A DNA stretch of 64,000 nt, from contig DASZFQ010000119.1 of assembly GCA_035939595.1 (NCBI GenBank), forward strand, positions 705 through 64,704. The letters are read 5' to 3'. The notes beneath the pieces are model-generated. The model was given only the letters and a program-made list of their open reading frames with translations, had not been told where the DNA came from and did not search any database. The DNA is from Casimicrobiaceae bacterium. GTDB taxonomy: Bacteria; Pseudomonadota; Gammaproteobacteria; Burkholderiales; Casimicrobiaceae. How positions within the stretch are numbered: position 1 is the stretch's first letter; every line of letters starts with the position of its first letter. Positions 10,117 through 20,666 of this stretch are shown here, piece after piece. The position numbers and the translations under genes are program-made.

Positions 10117-10184
10117 GGCTTAGCGCCGGCATCACTCCCCCTGGATTGGAGGAGCCGATGCCGGCGACTCGACGCGGACCCGAT

Positions 10185-12854
10185 ATGTCACGTCCCATGA
10201 GACTGGCCGGCCTCGAGCCGCTGACCATCGACGACGATTCCCTGTTCGTCAATGTGGGCGAGCGCACCAACGTCACCGGCTCGCGCGCGTTCGCCAAACT
10301 GATCCTTTCGGGCGACTTCGCCGGCGCGGTGGAGGTCGCGCGGCAGCAGGTGCAGAACGGAGCGCAAATCATCGACGTCAACATGGATGAGGCCATGCTC
10401 GACTCCAAGGCGGCGATGACGAAGTTCCTGCACCTTATCGCCGGTGAACCCGATATCGCACGCGTGCCGCTCATGCTCGATTCGTCCAAATGGGAGGTCA
10501 TCGAGGCGGGACTTAAGTGCGTACAGGGCAAGCCGGTCGTTAACTCGATCTCGATGAAGGAGGGCGAAGCAGAATTTGTGCGCCAGGCAAGGTTGGTCAA
10601 ACGCTACGGCGCAGCGGCGGTGGTGATGTGCTTCGACGAGAGCGGCCAGGCGGACAGCTACACTCGTCGGATCGATGTCGCTCGCCGCGCCTATGATCTG
10701 CTCGTCGACCGGGTCGACTTCCCTCCTGAGGACATCATCATCGATCCGAACGTGTTTGCGATCGCCACTGGCATCGACGAGCACGCACACTACGCGGTCG
10801 ATTTCATCCGCACCACGGCCTGGATTAAGCAGCATCTGCCGCATGCCAAGATCTCGGGTGGCATCTCCAACGTCAGCTTCAGCTTTCGCGGCAACGACCC
10901 GGTGCGCGAGGCGATCCACACAGTCTTTCTCTATCACGCAATTCGTGCGGGCCTGACCATGGGCATCGTCAATGCCGGACAGCTCGGCGTCTATGATGAG
11001 CTCGACTTCGAGTTGCGGGAGCGCGTCGAGGACGTTGTGCTCGATCGACGTGCTGAAGCCACGGAGCGGCTGGTTACCTTCGCGGAGACCTACAAGGCGC
11101 AGGGGCGCAAGCCCGAGGAGGAGCTCGCCTGGCGTGGCGGCAGCGTAGAGGAACGGCTGTCGCACGCGCTGGTGAAGGGTATTACGACTTATATCATCGA
11201 CGACACCGAAGAGGCACGCAACCGGTACGCACGGCCGATCCAGGTGATCGAGGGTCCGCTGATGGCGGGCATGAACGTCGTCGGCGACTTGTTCGGGGCC
11301 GGCAAGATGTTCCTGCCTCAGGTCGTCAAAAGCGCACGGGTGATGAAGCAGGCGGTCGCGCATCTCATACCTTACATCGAGGCTGAGAAAGCAAAATCGG
11401 GCGACGCCGGCAAGGCGAAGGGCACCATCGTCATGGCGACCGTGAAAGGCGACGTGCACGACATCGGCAAAAACATTGTCGGGGTCGTCCTCCAGTGCAA
11501 CAACTTCGAGGTGATCGACCTTGGCGTCATGGTGCCTGCCCAGAAGATTCTCGACACGGCGCGCGACAAGTCAGCCGACATCGTCGGGCTGTCCGGGCTC
11601 ATTACACCCTCGCTGGAGGAAATGGCGCACGTCGCGCACGAGATGCAGCGCCTCGGCATGCAGCAGCCGCTCTTGATCGGCGGCGCGACGACCTCGCGCG
11701 TGCACACGGCGGTCAAGATTGCACCGAACTACGCGGGCGTCACCGTGTACGTGCCCGACGCATCGCGTGCCGTCGGGGTGGCAAGCAACCTGCTCTCGAC
11801 GTCGAATAGAGACGCTTACGTTGCCGAAGTCGCGGCGGATTACGACCGGATTCGCTCGCAACACGCGGCCAAGAAGGGCCAGGCGCTCATATCCCTCGCC
11901 GCGGCCCGCGCCAACGCGTTCAAGGCCGATTGGGGCAGCTACCAAGCTCCAAGGCCGGTACTTCCCGGCCGGCGGGAGATCAAGCACGCCGACTTGCGCG
12001 AGCTCGCCCAGTACATCGACTGGGCGCCGTTCTTTCAAACCTGGGAACTTTCCGGTCCGTTTCCCGCGATCCTCGACGACCCCGTTGTCGGCGAGGCGGC
12101 GCGCAACGTTTTCGCCGACGGTCGGGCGATGCTCGAGCGCATCGTCGAGGGACGTTGGCTCACCGCCAACGGCGTGATCGCGCTCATGCCGGCAAATTCG
12201 ATCGGCGACGATATCGAGCTCTACGCCGACGAATCGCGCACCGCCGCCGCGCTGAGCTGGCGCAACCTTCGCCAGCAAAACGAGCGGCCGCAGGGAAAAC
12301 CCAACTATTGTCTCGCCGATTTCGTTGCGCCGAAAACCTCGGGCGTCAAGGACTATGCGGGCGCGTTCGCGGTGACCGCTGGCTTGGGCATCGAGAAAAA
12401 ACTCTCCGAATTTGAGGCGAAGAAGGACGATTACAGCGCCATCATGATCAAAGCGCTAGCCGACCGGCTGGCGGAAGCCTTTGCAGAGTGGCTGCACATG
12501 CGCGTGCGGCGTGAGTACTGGGGTTACGCCAAGGACGAGAAGCTCGACAAGGCCGCGATGGTGCGCGAGGAGTACCGCGGCATCCGCCCCGCGCCCGGCT
12601 ATCCGGCGTGTCCCGATCACACGGTCAAGGCGCCGTTGTTCGAGTCGCTGCATGCGAACAGGATCGGGATGGTGCTGACCGAAAGCTATGCCATGCTGCC
12701 GGCAGCGAGCGTGTCAGGCTTCTACATCGCCCACCCTGACGCGGTTTATTTTGCCGTCGGTAAGATCGGCGAAGATCAGCTGCGTGACCTCGCCGCGCGC
12801 GTGCGCCTGAGCGAGGCGACCCTGCGTCGCGACCTCGCCCCAAATCTGGCCTAG
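10185..12854 (+). CDS. metH: Methionine synthase, pterin-binding + cobalamin-binding + AdoMet-activation modules
   Basis: [12 protein letters not shown] (pterin module), B12 motif [12 protein letters not shown]-terminal reactivation domain. Alternative starts at 10146 (TTG), 10158 and 10197. Confidence 0.9.
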   Translation: MSRPMRLAGLEPLTIDDDSLFVNVGERTNVTGSRAFAKLILSGDFAGAVEVARQQVQNGAQIIDVNMDEAMLDSKAAMTKFLHLIAGEPDIARVPLMLDSSKWEVIEAGLKCVQGKPVVNSISMKEGEAEFVRQARLVKRYGAAAVVMCFDESGQADSYTRRIDVARRAYDLLVDRVDFPPEDIIIDPNVFAIATGIDEHAHYAVDFIRTTAWIKQHLPHAKISGGISNVSFSFRGNDPVREAIHTVFLYHAIRAGLTMGIVNAGQLGVYDELDFELRERVEDVVLDRRAEATERLVTFAETYKAQGRKPEEELAWRGGSVEERLSHALVKGITTYIIDDTEEARNRYARPIQVIEGPLMAGMNVVGDLFGAGKMFLPQVVKSARVMKQAVAHLIPYIEAEKAKSGDAGKAKGTIVMATVKGDVHDIGKNIVGVVLQCNNFEVIDLGVMVPAQKILDTARDKSADIVGLSGLITPSLEEMAHVAHEMQRLGMQQPLLIGGATTSRVHTAVKIAPNYAGVTVYVPDASRAVGVASNLLSTSNRDAYVAEVAADYDRIRSQHAAKKGQALISLAAARANAFKADWGSYQAPRPVLPGRREIKHADLRELAQYIDWAPFFQTWELSGPFPAILDDPVVGEAARNVFADGRAMLERIVEGRWLTANGVIALMPANSIGDDIELYADESRTAAALSWRNLRQQNERPQGKPNYCLADFVAPKTSGVKDYAGAFAVTAGLGIEKKLSEFEAKKDDYSAIMIKALADRLAEAFAEWLHMRVRREYWGYAKDEKLDKAAMVREEYRGIRPAPGYPACPDHTVKAPLFESLHANRIGMVLTESYAMLPAASVSGFYIAHPDAVYFAVGKIGEDQLRDLAARVRLSEATLRRDLAPNLA

Positions 12855-12885
12855 CTTCGCGTACGCCGCAATCGTTGCAGGTGCG

Positions 12886-13305
12886 GTGCCGATGGACGTT
12901 ATAACCCCAAACAGTCAAGAATACGAGGCGCAGGTCGGGCGGTGGATCGATCGTGCCACACCGACGGTGATCGCCCTGTGCGCGGCCTGGTGCGACACGT
13001 GCGGCGAATTCCGTGCCACGTTGGAGCGCATTGCGCGGGCGCGGCCGGAGATCGTGTTCGTCTGGCTGGACATCGAGGACGACAGCGCCATCTGCGGCGA
13101 TATCGACGTCGAGAACTTTCCGACCTTGGCGATTTATCGTGGCGAGCGATTGCTCCATTATGGCGTCTCGCTGCCGCAGGAGGGGACCGTCGCCCGGCTG
13201 ATCGACGAGATTGCGAAGCGCCCCGACGGGACCGTGTCCGCCCCGCAAGCGGTGCTCGATCTGCCGCAAAAGCTTCGGGCGCACGCTCGCGGCCAAGCTA
13301 CCTAG
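12886..13305 (+). CDS. Thioredoxin-fold protein
   Basis: CXXC site WCDTC in a thioredoxin-like context (ALCAAWCDTCGEF ... FPTLAIY); lies 31 nt downstream of metH. Confidence 0.7.
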   Translation: MPMDVITPNSQEYEAQVGRWIDRATPTVIALCAAWCDTCGEFRATLERIARARPEIVFVWLDIEDDSAICGDIDVENFPTLAIYRGERLLHYGVSLPQEGTVARLIDEIAKRPDGTVSAPQAVLDLPQKLRAHARGQAT

Positions 13306-13665
13306 CCGGGGCCGCTGTGCGCCGGGCGGTACAATCACGGGCCTACGATCGCCATTGCCAATGGACCCAACGACCGCCGACAAGATCCGCGCACAGGCCG
13401 CGCCACCACCACAACTCTCGCCAACTGCCGCGCCCGGCGGCAGAGCACGCGCATCGGGCGCCAACTCGAGTGGCGCGAACGACAGTGCCTGAAGATGTGC
13501 GCATGGTTCGACGGTCGCTTCCCCGAGGTTGGCATCCAGACGCGGACAGTCGCCGTCGCTTCCGTCCACTAACGGCACCGGATCCGGAACGCATCGTTCT
13601 CGCACGTGCCGTTGCCTTGCCAAGCTTTGCGTCGCGGCTGGTCGCCGCGAGCGGGTGAGCGCGAT

Positions 13666-16494
13666 ATGGCGTATCTGCCCGCTTTCGTCAATCTCGTTCC
13701 GAAGAGCAGACGGCTGCTGCGCATCATCTGGCCATTCCTCGCCATTGTCGTCCTGCTGCTGGTTCTATGGAGCTTCAGCATGGATATTCTCTCGGCGACG
13801 CGTGCCTATGTCGGTGCCGAGAGCTTGTGGTCGAAGGCGCAGAAGGACGCGGTCTTCTACCTCAACCGCTACGCGGCAACGCGCTCCGAGACCGACTACG
13901 AACGATACCTGGTCGTGATCAGGGTACCTCTCGGTGACCGCAAGGCACGCGAGGAACTGGAGCAGGCGAGACCGAACACTGAGCGGGCACGAGAGGGATT
14001 CATCGAGGGGCGTAACCATCCGGACGATATCGCCGACATGATCTGGTTGTTCCGCCGCTTCAGGAACGTTGGCTATATCGACCGTGCTATCGCGATCTGG
14101 GCGGATGGCGACCGGCACATCGCCGAGCTGACCGACGCGGCGGAGCGGCTGCACCAACGCGTCGCGACCGGCCATGCCGACGAGGAGAGCCTCCGTCCGT
14201 TGCTGGAGGAGATCCGGCGCATCAACGGACAGCTGACGCCGCTGGAGGACAACTTCTCGTTCACCCTGGGCGGAGCCTCGCGGCGAATGCAGTGGGCGCT
14301 GATGTCCGCCACGCTGATGGTCGCGACCTTTCTGGTCGTTCTCGGCGTCATCCTGTCACGGCGGATGCTGAGCGAGAGCGAGGAATTCGAGAATGCGCTC
14401 CGCTTCAGCGAGGAGCGCTTCAATCTCGCAGTGATCGGGAGCAACGACGGCCTTTGGGACTGGGACGTTTTAACGGGCGACATCTATTTTTCGCCGCGCA
14501 GCAAGGAACTCGCGGGTTACGCTGATCACGAGATCGAGAACACGCCCGAGGCATTCTTCGCCTTGTTGCATCCCGACGACCTGGAGCCGGCACTGGCCGC
14601 GGCGAAAGCGCACATCCGCGACGATTGCCCGTACGATGTGGAATTCCGGGTGCGTGCAAAGAGCGGCGAGTATCGCTGGTTTCGGGCCCGCGGTCGATCG
14701 GTCCGCAACGCGGACGGTTGGGCAGTGCGCATGGCGGGTTCGGTAAGCGACATTAACGACAGCAAGCTCGCCGAAGCGCAGCTGTTTGCCGAAAAGGAAC
14801 GCGCTCAGGTGACGCTCAAATCAATCGGCGACGCCGTGATCACGACCGATCTCCGAGGGCGCGTGGAGTATTTCAATCCTGTCGCAGAAATCCTGACCGG
14901 ATGGAAGGCGCAGGAAGCTGAAGGCATGCCGCTTGCCAAGGTTTGCCGGTTGCTCGATGAGACGACGCGCCAAGCATTACCGGATGCGTTGGAACGGGTG
15001 GGGCGCGAGGGACGCACCGTGATGGCGGCTTCGAATGTGCTCCTCATCCGGCGTGACGGCACCGATATTGCGATCGACGAGTCCACGGCGCCGATCCGAG
15101 ATCGCAACGGTGAAATCGCCGGGGTGGTCTTGGTCCTGCACGATGTGAGACGCGAGCGCGAATACGCCAGCCAGCTCTCCTACCAGGCGAGCCACGACGC
15201 GCTGACCGGGCTGATAAACCGGCGCGAATTCGAGCACCGGCTCAACGTCGCCCTGGCGAGCGCGCGGGAATTGAACCGCACGCACGCGATGCTCTATCTC
15301 GATCTCGACCAGTTCAAGATCGTCAATGATACCTGCGGCCACGCCGCGGGTGACGAACTGATGCGCCAGGTGAGCATGCTGCTGCAGGGGCGCTTGCGCG
15401 AAGGCGACACGTTGGCGCGAATCGGCGGTGACGAATTCGGCGTCATCCTCGAGAATTGCTCTCCCGAGCACGCCGAACGGATTGCCGACGGGCTGCGCCA
15501 GACCATCACCGATTTTCACTTTGTCTGGCACGACCGCTCCTTCGCCATCGGCGTCAGCATAGGCCTGGTGCTCGTCGCCGAGGGTGCGCTCACCCTCGCC
15601 GACGTCTTGAGCGCGGGGGATGCCGCGTGTTACATGGCCAAGGAGAAGGGACGCAATCGCGTGCAGCTCTATCACCGCAAGGATAGCGAGTTGGCGGTGC
15701 GGCACGGAGAGATGGAGTGGGTTGCACGCCTGCACGCTGCCCTCGACGCCAACCGGTTCTGCCTTTACTCGCAGCGGATCATCGCGGTCAGCGCGCCTCG
15801 ACACCCTGCGACGATGTTTGAGCTCCTGCTCCGGATGGTCGACGAACAGGGGAAAGTGGTGCCGCCCATGGCATTTATTCCTGCCGCCGAGCGCTACAAC
15901 CTGATGCCTGCAATCGATCGCTGGGTCATCGGCACCGCGCTACCGATGGTCGCGCGCGCGCGGACGATCGATGGTGGCGACGCAGTCTATATGATCAACC
16001 TCTCCGGAGCCTCGATCGGCGACGAGCGCTTCCTCGACTTCATTCGCGAGCAGTGCGTCCGGTGCGGCGTGCCGACCGACGCCATCTGCCTCGAGATTAC
16101 CGAAACAGCAGCAATCGCCAACCTGGCGCAGGCAGCACACTTTATCGCCGAGCTGCGGGCAATCGGTTGCCGCTTCTCGTTGGACGATTTCGGCGCCGGC
16201 ATGTCATCGTTCGGCTATCTCAAACACCTGCCGGTGGACTTTCTCAAGATCGACGGCAGTTTCGTCACCGACATGCTAATCGATCCGATCGATGGCGCAA
16301 TGGTCGAGTCGATCAATCACATTGGCCATGTAATGGACAAGCAGACGATCGCGGAATTCGTCGAAAGCGACGCGATTCTGAACCGGCTTCGGGACATTGG
16401 TATCGACTACGCTCAGGGCTACGGCGTCGAAGAACCGAGGCCATTCCGCGTCGGCCGTGAGACCGCAGCAGTCAACGGTGCCGCGAGTGGTTAA
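13666..16494 (+). CDS. Membrane-anchored PAS-PAS-GGDEF-EAL c-di-GMP signalling protein
   Basis: Two TM segments flank an N-terminal sensor region; PAS regions; [11 protein letters not shown] (GGDEF); EAL-domain motifs LEITE, DDFGAG, KIDGSF. ATG 13666 preferred. Confidence 0.9.
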   Translation: MAYLPAFVNLVPKSRRLLRIIWPFLAIVVLLLVLWSFSMDILSATRAYVGAESLWSKAQKDAVFYLNRYAATRSETDYERYLVVIRVPLGDRKAREELEQARPNTERAREGFIEGRNHPDDIADMIWLFRRFRNVGYIDRAIAIWADGDRHIAELTDAAERLHQRVATGHADEESLRPLLEEIRRINGQLTPLEDNFSFTLGGASRRMQWALMSATLMVATFLVVLGVILSRRMLSESEEFENALRFSEERFNLAVIGSNDGLWDWDVLTGDIYFSPRSKELAGYADHEIENTPEAFFALLHPDDLEPALAAAKAHIRDDCPYDVEFRVRAKSGEYRWFRARGRSVRNADGWAVRMAGSVSDINDSKLAEAQLFAEKERAQVTLKSIGDAVITTDLRGRVEYFNPVAEILTGWKAQEAEGMPLAKVCRLLDETTRQALPDALERVGREGRTVMAASNVLLIRRDGTDIAIDESTAPIRDRNGEIAGVVLVLHDVRREREYASQLSYQASHDALTGLINRREFEHRLNVALASARELNRTHAMLYLDLDQFKIVNDTCGHAAGDELMRQVSMLLQGRLREGDTLARIGGDEFGVILENCSPEHAERIADGLRQTITDFHFVWHDRSFAIGVSIGLVLVAEGALTLADVLSAGDAACYMAKEKGRNRVQLYHRKDSELAVRHGEMEWVARLHAALDANRFCLYSQRIIAVSAPRHPATMFELLLRMVDEQGKVVPPMAFIPAAERYNLMPAIDRWVIGTALPMVARARTIDGGDAVYMINLSGASIGDERFLDFIREQCVRCGVPTDAICLEITETAAIANLAQAAHFIAELRAIGCRFSLDDFGAGMSSFGYLKHLPVDFLKIDGSFVTDMLIDPIDGAMVESINHIGHVMDKQTIAEFVESDAILNRLRDIGIDYAQGYGVEEPRPFRVGRETAAVNGAASG

Positions 16495-17000
16495 TCCAAT
16501 GTACCGATGTAATCGAGCTTGCCGATTTCGACGCCATTGTGGCGGAGAATCGCGTACGCTGTCGTCACGTGAAAGAAGAAGTTGGGTAGCGCGAACTGCA
16601 GTAGGTAATTGATGGCTGTGAAGGTTTTCGGCTGTCCGCGGATCGGCCGGACAATCTCGCGGCCCTCCGCGGCGTCGATCTCTCCGGGCGTCAGCGTACG
16701 GAGGTAGGCGACCGCTTGGTCGATGCGCGCAGCGAGGTCGGCGAAGCTGTTCGCGGGAGCGTCGAAAGCCGGTGGCTCCTTTGCCCCAAGACGGGCCCCT
16801 GTGCCACTGCCGAAATCGCACGCGAGCTGAACCTGGCGGGTGAGATCCAACATGTCCGGAAACAGGCGGGCCGAGAGGAATACCCCTTCTTCGATCTTTT
16901 TCGCTTGGGCGTGTGCGGCAGCCTTGTCGATCACTCCGCGGAGATTGATAAGCATCTTCAGGAACACCGGCACTGAAACCTGGTACATCGAGAGCGCCAT
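16491..17000 (-). CDS. DUF1993 domain-containing protein
   Basis: [13 protein letters not shown]... N-terminus typical of DUF1993; GGAGG RBS before ATG 17000. Confidence 0.8.
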   Translation of the reverse strand: MALSMYQVSVPVFLKMLINLRGVIDKAAAHAQAKKIEEGVFLSARLFPDMLDLTRQVQLACDFGSGTGARLGAKEPPAFDAPANSFADLAARIDQAVAYLRTLTPGEIDAAEGREIVRPIRGQPKTFTAINYLLQFALPNFFFHVTTAYAILRHNGVEIGKLDYIGTLD

Positions 17001-17187
17001 CGCGTAACCTCCATTTGGGGTGCGGATTATAGCAAGCGGTAGCAAACCGCCAACGCCTGCTTATGTGGCCGGAAAGCCACAGCAGGAGGGCGATCGGCCG
17101 CGCCGTGGGCCATATCCGACACCGACCGGTTAGCATAAACTATCGTTTGCAGAGCTAAGACAGGCGGCCTGCACCCGGACCGAAACC

Positions 17188-17679
17188 ATGCGACCCGCAC
17201 CCACCGATCGGCAGGATTCGAAATGGCGTTTGCACGGCGTTCGCGTTGTGCATGCGAATGAACTCGACGTCAATACGCCGCAGACGCCGGGCATGGATCG
17301 CGCCGCCGCGATCACCGCGGCGCGTGTCGGGGCGGAGAAGCTCTGGGCCGGCACGGTCGCTATCCAACCCAAGGCCAAGACCGGCGCACACCATCATGGG
17401 CCGGTCGAGAGCGTTATCTATGTGGTCAGCGGGCGTGCGCGCATGAAATGGGGCGATCGTCTGGAGTTTATCGCCGAAGCGGGCCCCGGTGATTTCATCT
17501 ACATACCGCCGTTCGTGCCGCACCAGGAAATCAACGCCAGCGACGACCAGCCGCTTTCCTGCGTGCTTGTACGCAGCGGTCAGGATCCGGTGGTGGTAAA
17601 CCTCGACCTGCCCAACGTCGAACCCAATCCCGAAGAAATACACTGGGTGGATAACATTCATCCGGCGCCGAAGCGCTGA
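17188..17679 (+). CDS. Cupin domain-containing protein
   Basis: Cupin motifs GAHHHGPVESVIYVVSG and GDFIYIPPFVPHQEIN. Confidence 0.7.
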   Translation: MRPAPTDRQDSKWRLHGVRVVHANELDVNTPQTPGMDRAAAITAARVGAEKLWAGTVAIQPKAKTGAHHHGPVESVIYVVSGRARMKWGDRLEFIAEAGPGDFIYIPPFVPHQEINASDDQPLSCVLVRSGQDPVVVNLDLPNVEPNPEEIHWVDNIHPAPKR

Positions 17680-17732
17680 TCGGGCGCCGCAGCAGTCGGA
17701 AAGCCGCGCATAGGCCCCCCGGAGCGGCGCCT

Positions 17733-18620
17733 TCAATAAGGACACGAGAACGCCAGGATCTCCGACGGGTCGTCCTGGTAGGCGTGGCCGAAGCTAACCT
17801 GCCCGCGGGAGCGCAGCAGCAGCTCCTCGCGTCGCAGCACGATTTCGGCCTCGCCCTGAAGGGTAACGTAGGTGCCGTTCGAGCTGTGGTCGATGAGGGC
17901 AAACTTGTCGCGCCGGCGCTCGATATGCGCGTGCATGCGCGAGGCCTTGCGGTCAGCGATCACGACATCGTTCTGCATGTCGCGACCGATAGAAAGCGTC
18001 GGAGCCGCTTCGGAAAGCTCGATCTGACGATCACCATGCCTGAGCACGAGCTGCGCAGGGCGGACTTTGATGTGAGTCGACAACGCGGTGAGCTCGTCCT
18101 CCGCCTCCTGCCAGACCAGTTCGAACAGGTCGATGTCCTTCTGCTTGCCCTTCACCGTATGCGCCTGCTGACTGCGTGCACGCGCGCGCAACGCCGGCGG
18201 CAGTTCCTGCATCGTCTGGGCCGAGGTGAAAATCTGGCCGCCTCTGGCGAGATTCGACAGGCGCGCGGCGACGGTGACCGAATCCCCGAACACGTCGTTG
18301 CCCTCTTCGAGCACCGGGCCATAATTGAATCCGACATGGATGGCGAGAGGCGCACCGCGGGCGGTCCGTTGCACGGAGATGCGCGCCTGCATGTCGGTTG
18401 CCGCCCGGGCCGCGCCGTCAGCCGCTGGAAAGACGGCCATTACCTCGTCACCAATCATCTTCACGATACGGCCACCGCTGTCGACGCACGCCTGCCGGAT
18501 GATGGCCAGGCAGCGCTCGATCGTCGACAACGCCTCGGCGTCGCCGAGACTTTCGTACAGCTTCGCGCTGCCACTTATGTCGGCGAACAGAACGGCTAGA
18601 TTTCGCGGCTGCTTGTCCAT
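17733..18620 (-). CDS. Class III adenylate/guanylate cyclase domain fused to a C-terminal FHA domain
   Basis: Cyclase motifs VLFADISGS, VKMIGDEVMAVF, FGDSVTVAARL; FHA-like C-terminus (LSIGRDMQNDVVIADRKASRMHAHIERRRDKFALIDHSSNGTYV). ATG 18620 chosen because the upstream extension is non-homologous. Confidence 0.85.
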   Translation of the reverse strand: MDKQPRNLAVLFADISGSAKLYESLGDAEALSTIERCLAIIRQACVDSGGRIVKMIGDEVMAVFPAADGAARAATDMQARISVQRTARGAPLAIHVGFNYGPVLEEGNDVFGDSVTVAARLSNLARGGQIFTSAQTMQELPPALRARARSQQAHTVKGKQKDIDLFELVWQEAEDELTALSTHIKVRPAQLVLRHGDRQIELSEAAPTLSIGRDMQNDVVIADRKASRMHAHIERRRDKFALIDHSSNGTYVTLQGEAEIVLRREELLLRSRGQVSFGHAYQDDPSEILAFSCPY

Positions 18621-18680
18621 GGCAGTATGCTCGGCAGGCATTAAGTATAAGGCCGCGCGGCGCGCTGCGGAATATTCACG

Positions 18681-18710
18681 TTGACAGTCGTCGAGGGCGC
18701 GGCCTAGTAT
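18681..18710 (+). promoter_or_regulatory. Sigma70-like promoter for the FecR-like/DUF3365-HAMP/kinase operon
   Basis: TTGACA (18681-18686), 18-nt spacer, TAGTAT (18705-18710); consistent with the ATG at 18763 being the start. Confidence 0.4.
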
Positions 18711-18762
18711 GGAAATGGAATGCGGGCCGCCGTCCTGGCGGACGATCACGCGGCATCCCTCG

Positions 18763-19719
18763 ATGAAAGCGACATGGTTGGTTGGATGTTCCCTGTTCCT
18801 CGCATCGGCGCTGTCTTTCGGCGCCGACGTGGGGGTCGTTACGGTCCTGGACGGAAATGCGCGCGTGCTGCGAGGCGTGAGCTGGTACAGACTGATCGAG
18901 GGCGCACGCCTGCAGGACGGGGACGTCATCGACGCATCGGATCACGCGCAGGTGCAGATCGAGCTGGCGTCAGGGCCGATCGTCAGCTTTGTCGGCTCAG
19001 CGGAACTTTTCGCCGCCGGCGCCGGATCGCGCGAGGGCAAGCAACCGGCACCCGCGGAGATGTACTTGACTCGCGGTTGGCTGAAGCTGGCGGTGAAGGC
19101 CGGCGCGGGCGCGTTGCGCGTGCGCTCGCCTGCGGGCGCCTTGGCCACGAGCGACGGGGTGGTGGTCATGCACGCCGAGCCCGAAATCCTCGAGGCGTTC
19201 GTGGAACGCGGCAGTGTCCGACTGATCGAGCCCGTCAAGGCCGCCGGAGAGGGAGGGGCGCACGATCTCAAGGACGGTGATTTTGCGATTCGCGCCAGCG
19301 ACCGGCCGTTCGCCAGCGCGGGCGCGGCGCCACAATCCTTTGTCTCCGCCATGCCGAGACAGTTCAGGGACCCGCTGCCTAGCCGTGCGCAGCTCTATCA
19401 GGTGTCGCACGTGCAACTTGTAGCGGACCGTCCGATCAGCTATGCCGAAGCCGAGCCGTGGCTGACGGGCCCCTACCGGAGGGTCTTTCTCAAGCGCCTG
19501 GAGCCGCGCCTCGCGGACCCGGAGTTCCGCGCCCTGGCCAGTGGCAAGAGCCAGGCGTATCCGGAATGGCACAGCGCCCTGGTTCCGGGCGAGAATGCGC
19601 CTGCGGACAAAGTCGAGGCGCCGCCGAAGCCGGCAGAGAAGACCGAGAAGACCGAGAAGACCGAGAAGACCGAGAAGTCTGAGTCGAGCTGGTGGCCATT
19701 CGGCAATTCGAAGAAATGA
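18763..19719 (+). CDS. Secreted FecR-like domain protein with a C-terminal (EKT)n repeat
   Basis: Signal peptide MKATWLVGCSLFLASALSFGA; FecR-like segment VTVLDGNARVLRGVSWYRLIEGARLQDGDVIDAS...VQIEL; charged repeat tail. Confidence 0.6.
   Translation: MKATWLVGCSLFLASALSFGADVGVVTVLDGNARVLRGVSWYRLIEGARLQDGDVIDASDHAQVQIELASGPIVSFVGSAELFAAGAGSREGKQPAPAEMYLTRGWLKLAVKAGAGALRVRSPAGALATSDGVVVMHAEPEILEAFVERGSVRLIEPVKAAGEGGAHDLKDGDFAIRASDRPFASAGAAPQSFVSAMPRQFRDPLPSRAQLYQVSHVQLVADRPISYAEAEPWLTGPYRRVFLKRLEPRLADPEFRALASGKSQAYPEWHSALVPGENAPADKVEAPPKPAEKTEKTEKTEKTEKSESSWWPFGNSKK
19636..19680 (+). repeat. In-frame 9-bp tandem repeat (GAGAAGACC x4 plus the variant GAGAAGTCT)
   Basis: Read directly: gagaagacc gagaagacc gagaagacc gagaagacc gagaagtct, encoding EKTEKTEKTEKTEKS. 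Confidence 0.95.
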
Positions 19720-19756
19720 ACGCAAGGGCAACACGGACCGGGTTCCAGGGAACGCC

Positions 19757-20629
19757 ATGAAGCTGATGTGGAAATTCAATCTCGTGCTGCTCGCGGTCTT
19801 CGTCGTGGGCCTTATCGCCACGGGCCTCATTTCGTACAACGTGGTCCAGGCCAACGCGCGTGAGGAGATTCTGGACAATGCGCGCGTGATGATGGAAGCG
19901 GCGTTGTCCTCGCGCAGTTATACGAATACACAGGTCAAACCGCTGCTCGAGACGCAGCTCAAGTACTCCTTCCTACCGCAATCGGTGCCGGCGTACGCCG
20001 CAACCGAACAGTTCAACGACTTGCGCAAAAAGTATCCCGACTACAGCTACAAGGAAGCGACGCTCAATCCCACCAACCCGCGCGATCGCGCGACCGATTG
20101 GGAAGCCGACGTCGTCAACAAGTTCCGCAACGGCCAGGCCAAGACTGAGCTTATCGGCGAGCGCGATTCGGCCACCGGGAAAACGCTGTACCTCGCCCGA
20201 CCGATCCAGATCAAGGAGGCGGCCTGCCTCACCTGTCACAACACGGTGGCCGAAGCGCCGAAGACGATGATCGAACTGTACGGGCCGGCCAACGGATTCG
20301 GTTGGAAGTTAAACGAGATTGTCGGCGCGCAGATCGTTGCCGTTCCGAGTGCGCTTCCGATCCAGCGCGCCGACCATACGTTCAAGGTTTTCATGCTGCT
20401 GCTGACGCTTGTTCTCGTCCTCACATTCATTTTGATCAACGTCATGCTGCATTCGATCGTGATCCAGCGTATCAAGCAGCTCTCCAAGCTCGCTGACGAG
20501 GTCAGTCTCGGCCATCTCGAGTCGGCCGAGTTTAAGAGCAAGAGCAAGGACGAGATCGGTGTCCTTACCGGTGCTCTCTCGCGGATGAATAAGAGCCTGG
20601 TTCAGGCGATCAAGATGCTCGAGGCGTAG
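19757..20629 (+). CDS. Two-TM sensor: periplasmic Tll0287-like (DUF3365) heme-c domain + HAMP domain, with no output domain
   Basis: TM1 FNLVLLAVFVVGLIATGLISY; CXXCH site CLTCH (20225-20239); TM2 VFMLLLTLVLVLTFILINVML; HAMP (IVIQRIKQLSKLADEVSLG...DEIGVLTGALSRMNKSL); ORF ends about 10 aa after the HAMP. Confidence 0.8.
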   Translation: MKLMWKFNLVLLAVFVVGLIATGLISYNVVQANAREEILDNARVMMEAALSSRSYTNTQVKPLLETQLKYSFLPQSVPAYAATEQFNDLRKKYPDYSYKEATLNPTNPRDRATDWEADVVNKFRNGQAKTELIGERDSATGKTLYLARPIQIKEAACLTCHNTVAEAPKTMIELYGPANGFGWKLNEIVGAQIVAVPSALPIQRADHTFKVFMLLLTLVLVLTFILINVMLHSIVIQRIKQLSKLADEVSLGHLESAEFKSKSKDEIGVLTGALSRMNKSLVQAIKMLEA

Positions 20630-20666
20630 CGTAACCCTGGAGATTTGAGGCCTCGATATTTCCCTC

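Noticed and set aside
10188-11459. 423-aa ORF antisense to metH
   Set aside because: It lies entirely within a confidently identified gene on the other strand. The translation is Arg/His/Asp-rich with no recognisable motifs, as expected for a shadow ORF in high-GC DNA.
13211-13492. ORF in the 360-nt spacer between the thioredoxin-like gene and the GGDEF-EAL gene (internal MDPTTADKIRAQAAPPPQLSPTAAPGG...)
   Set aside because: The peptide is low-complexity Ala/Pro/Gly-rich, has no RBS and matches no recognisable family. The region is treated as intergenic or promoter sequence.
19636-19680. Short tandem repeat considered as a CRISPR or other repeat array
   Set aside because: The units are 9 bp, contiguous with no spacers, in-frame and inside a CDS. 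It is a coding microsatellite, not a CRISPR array.
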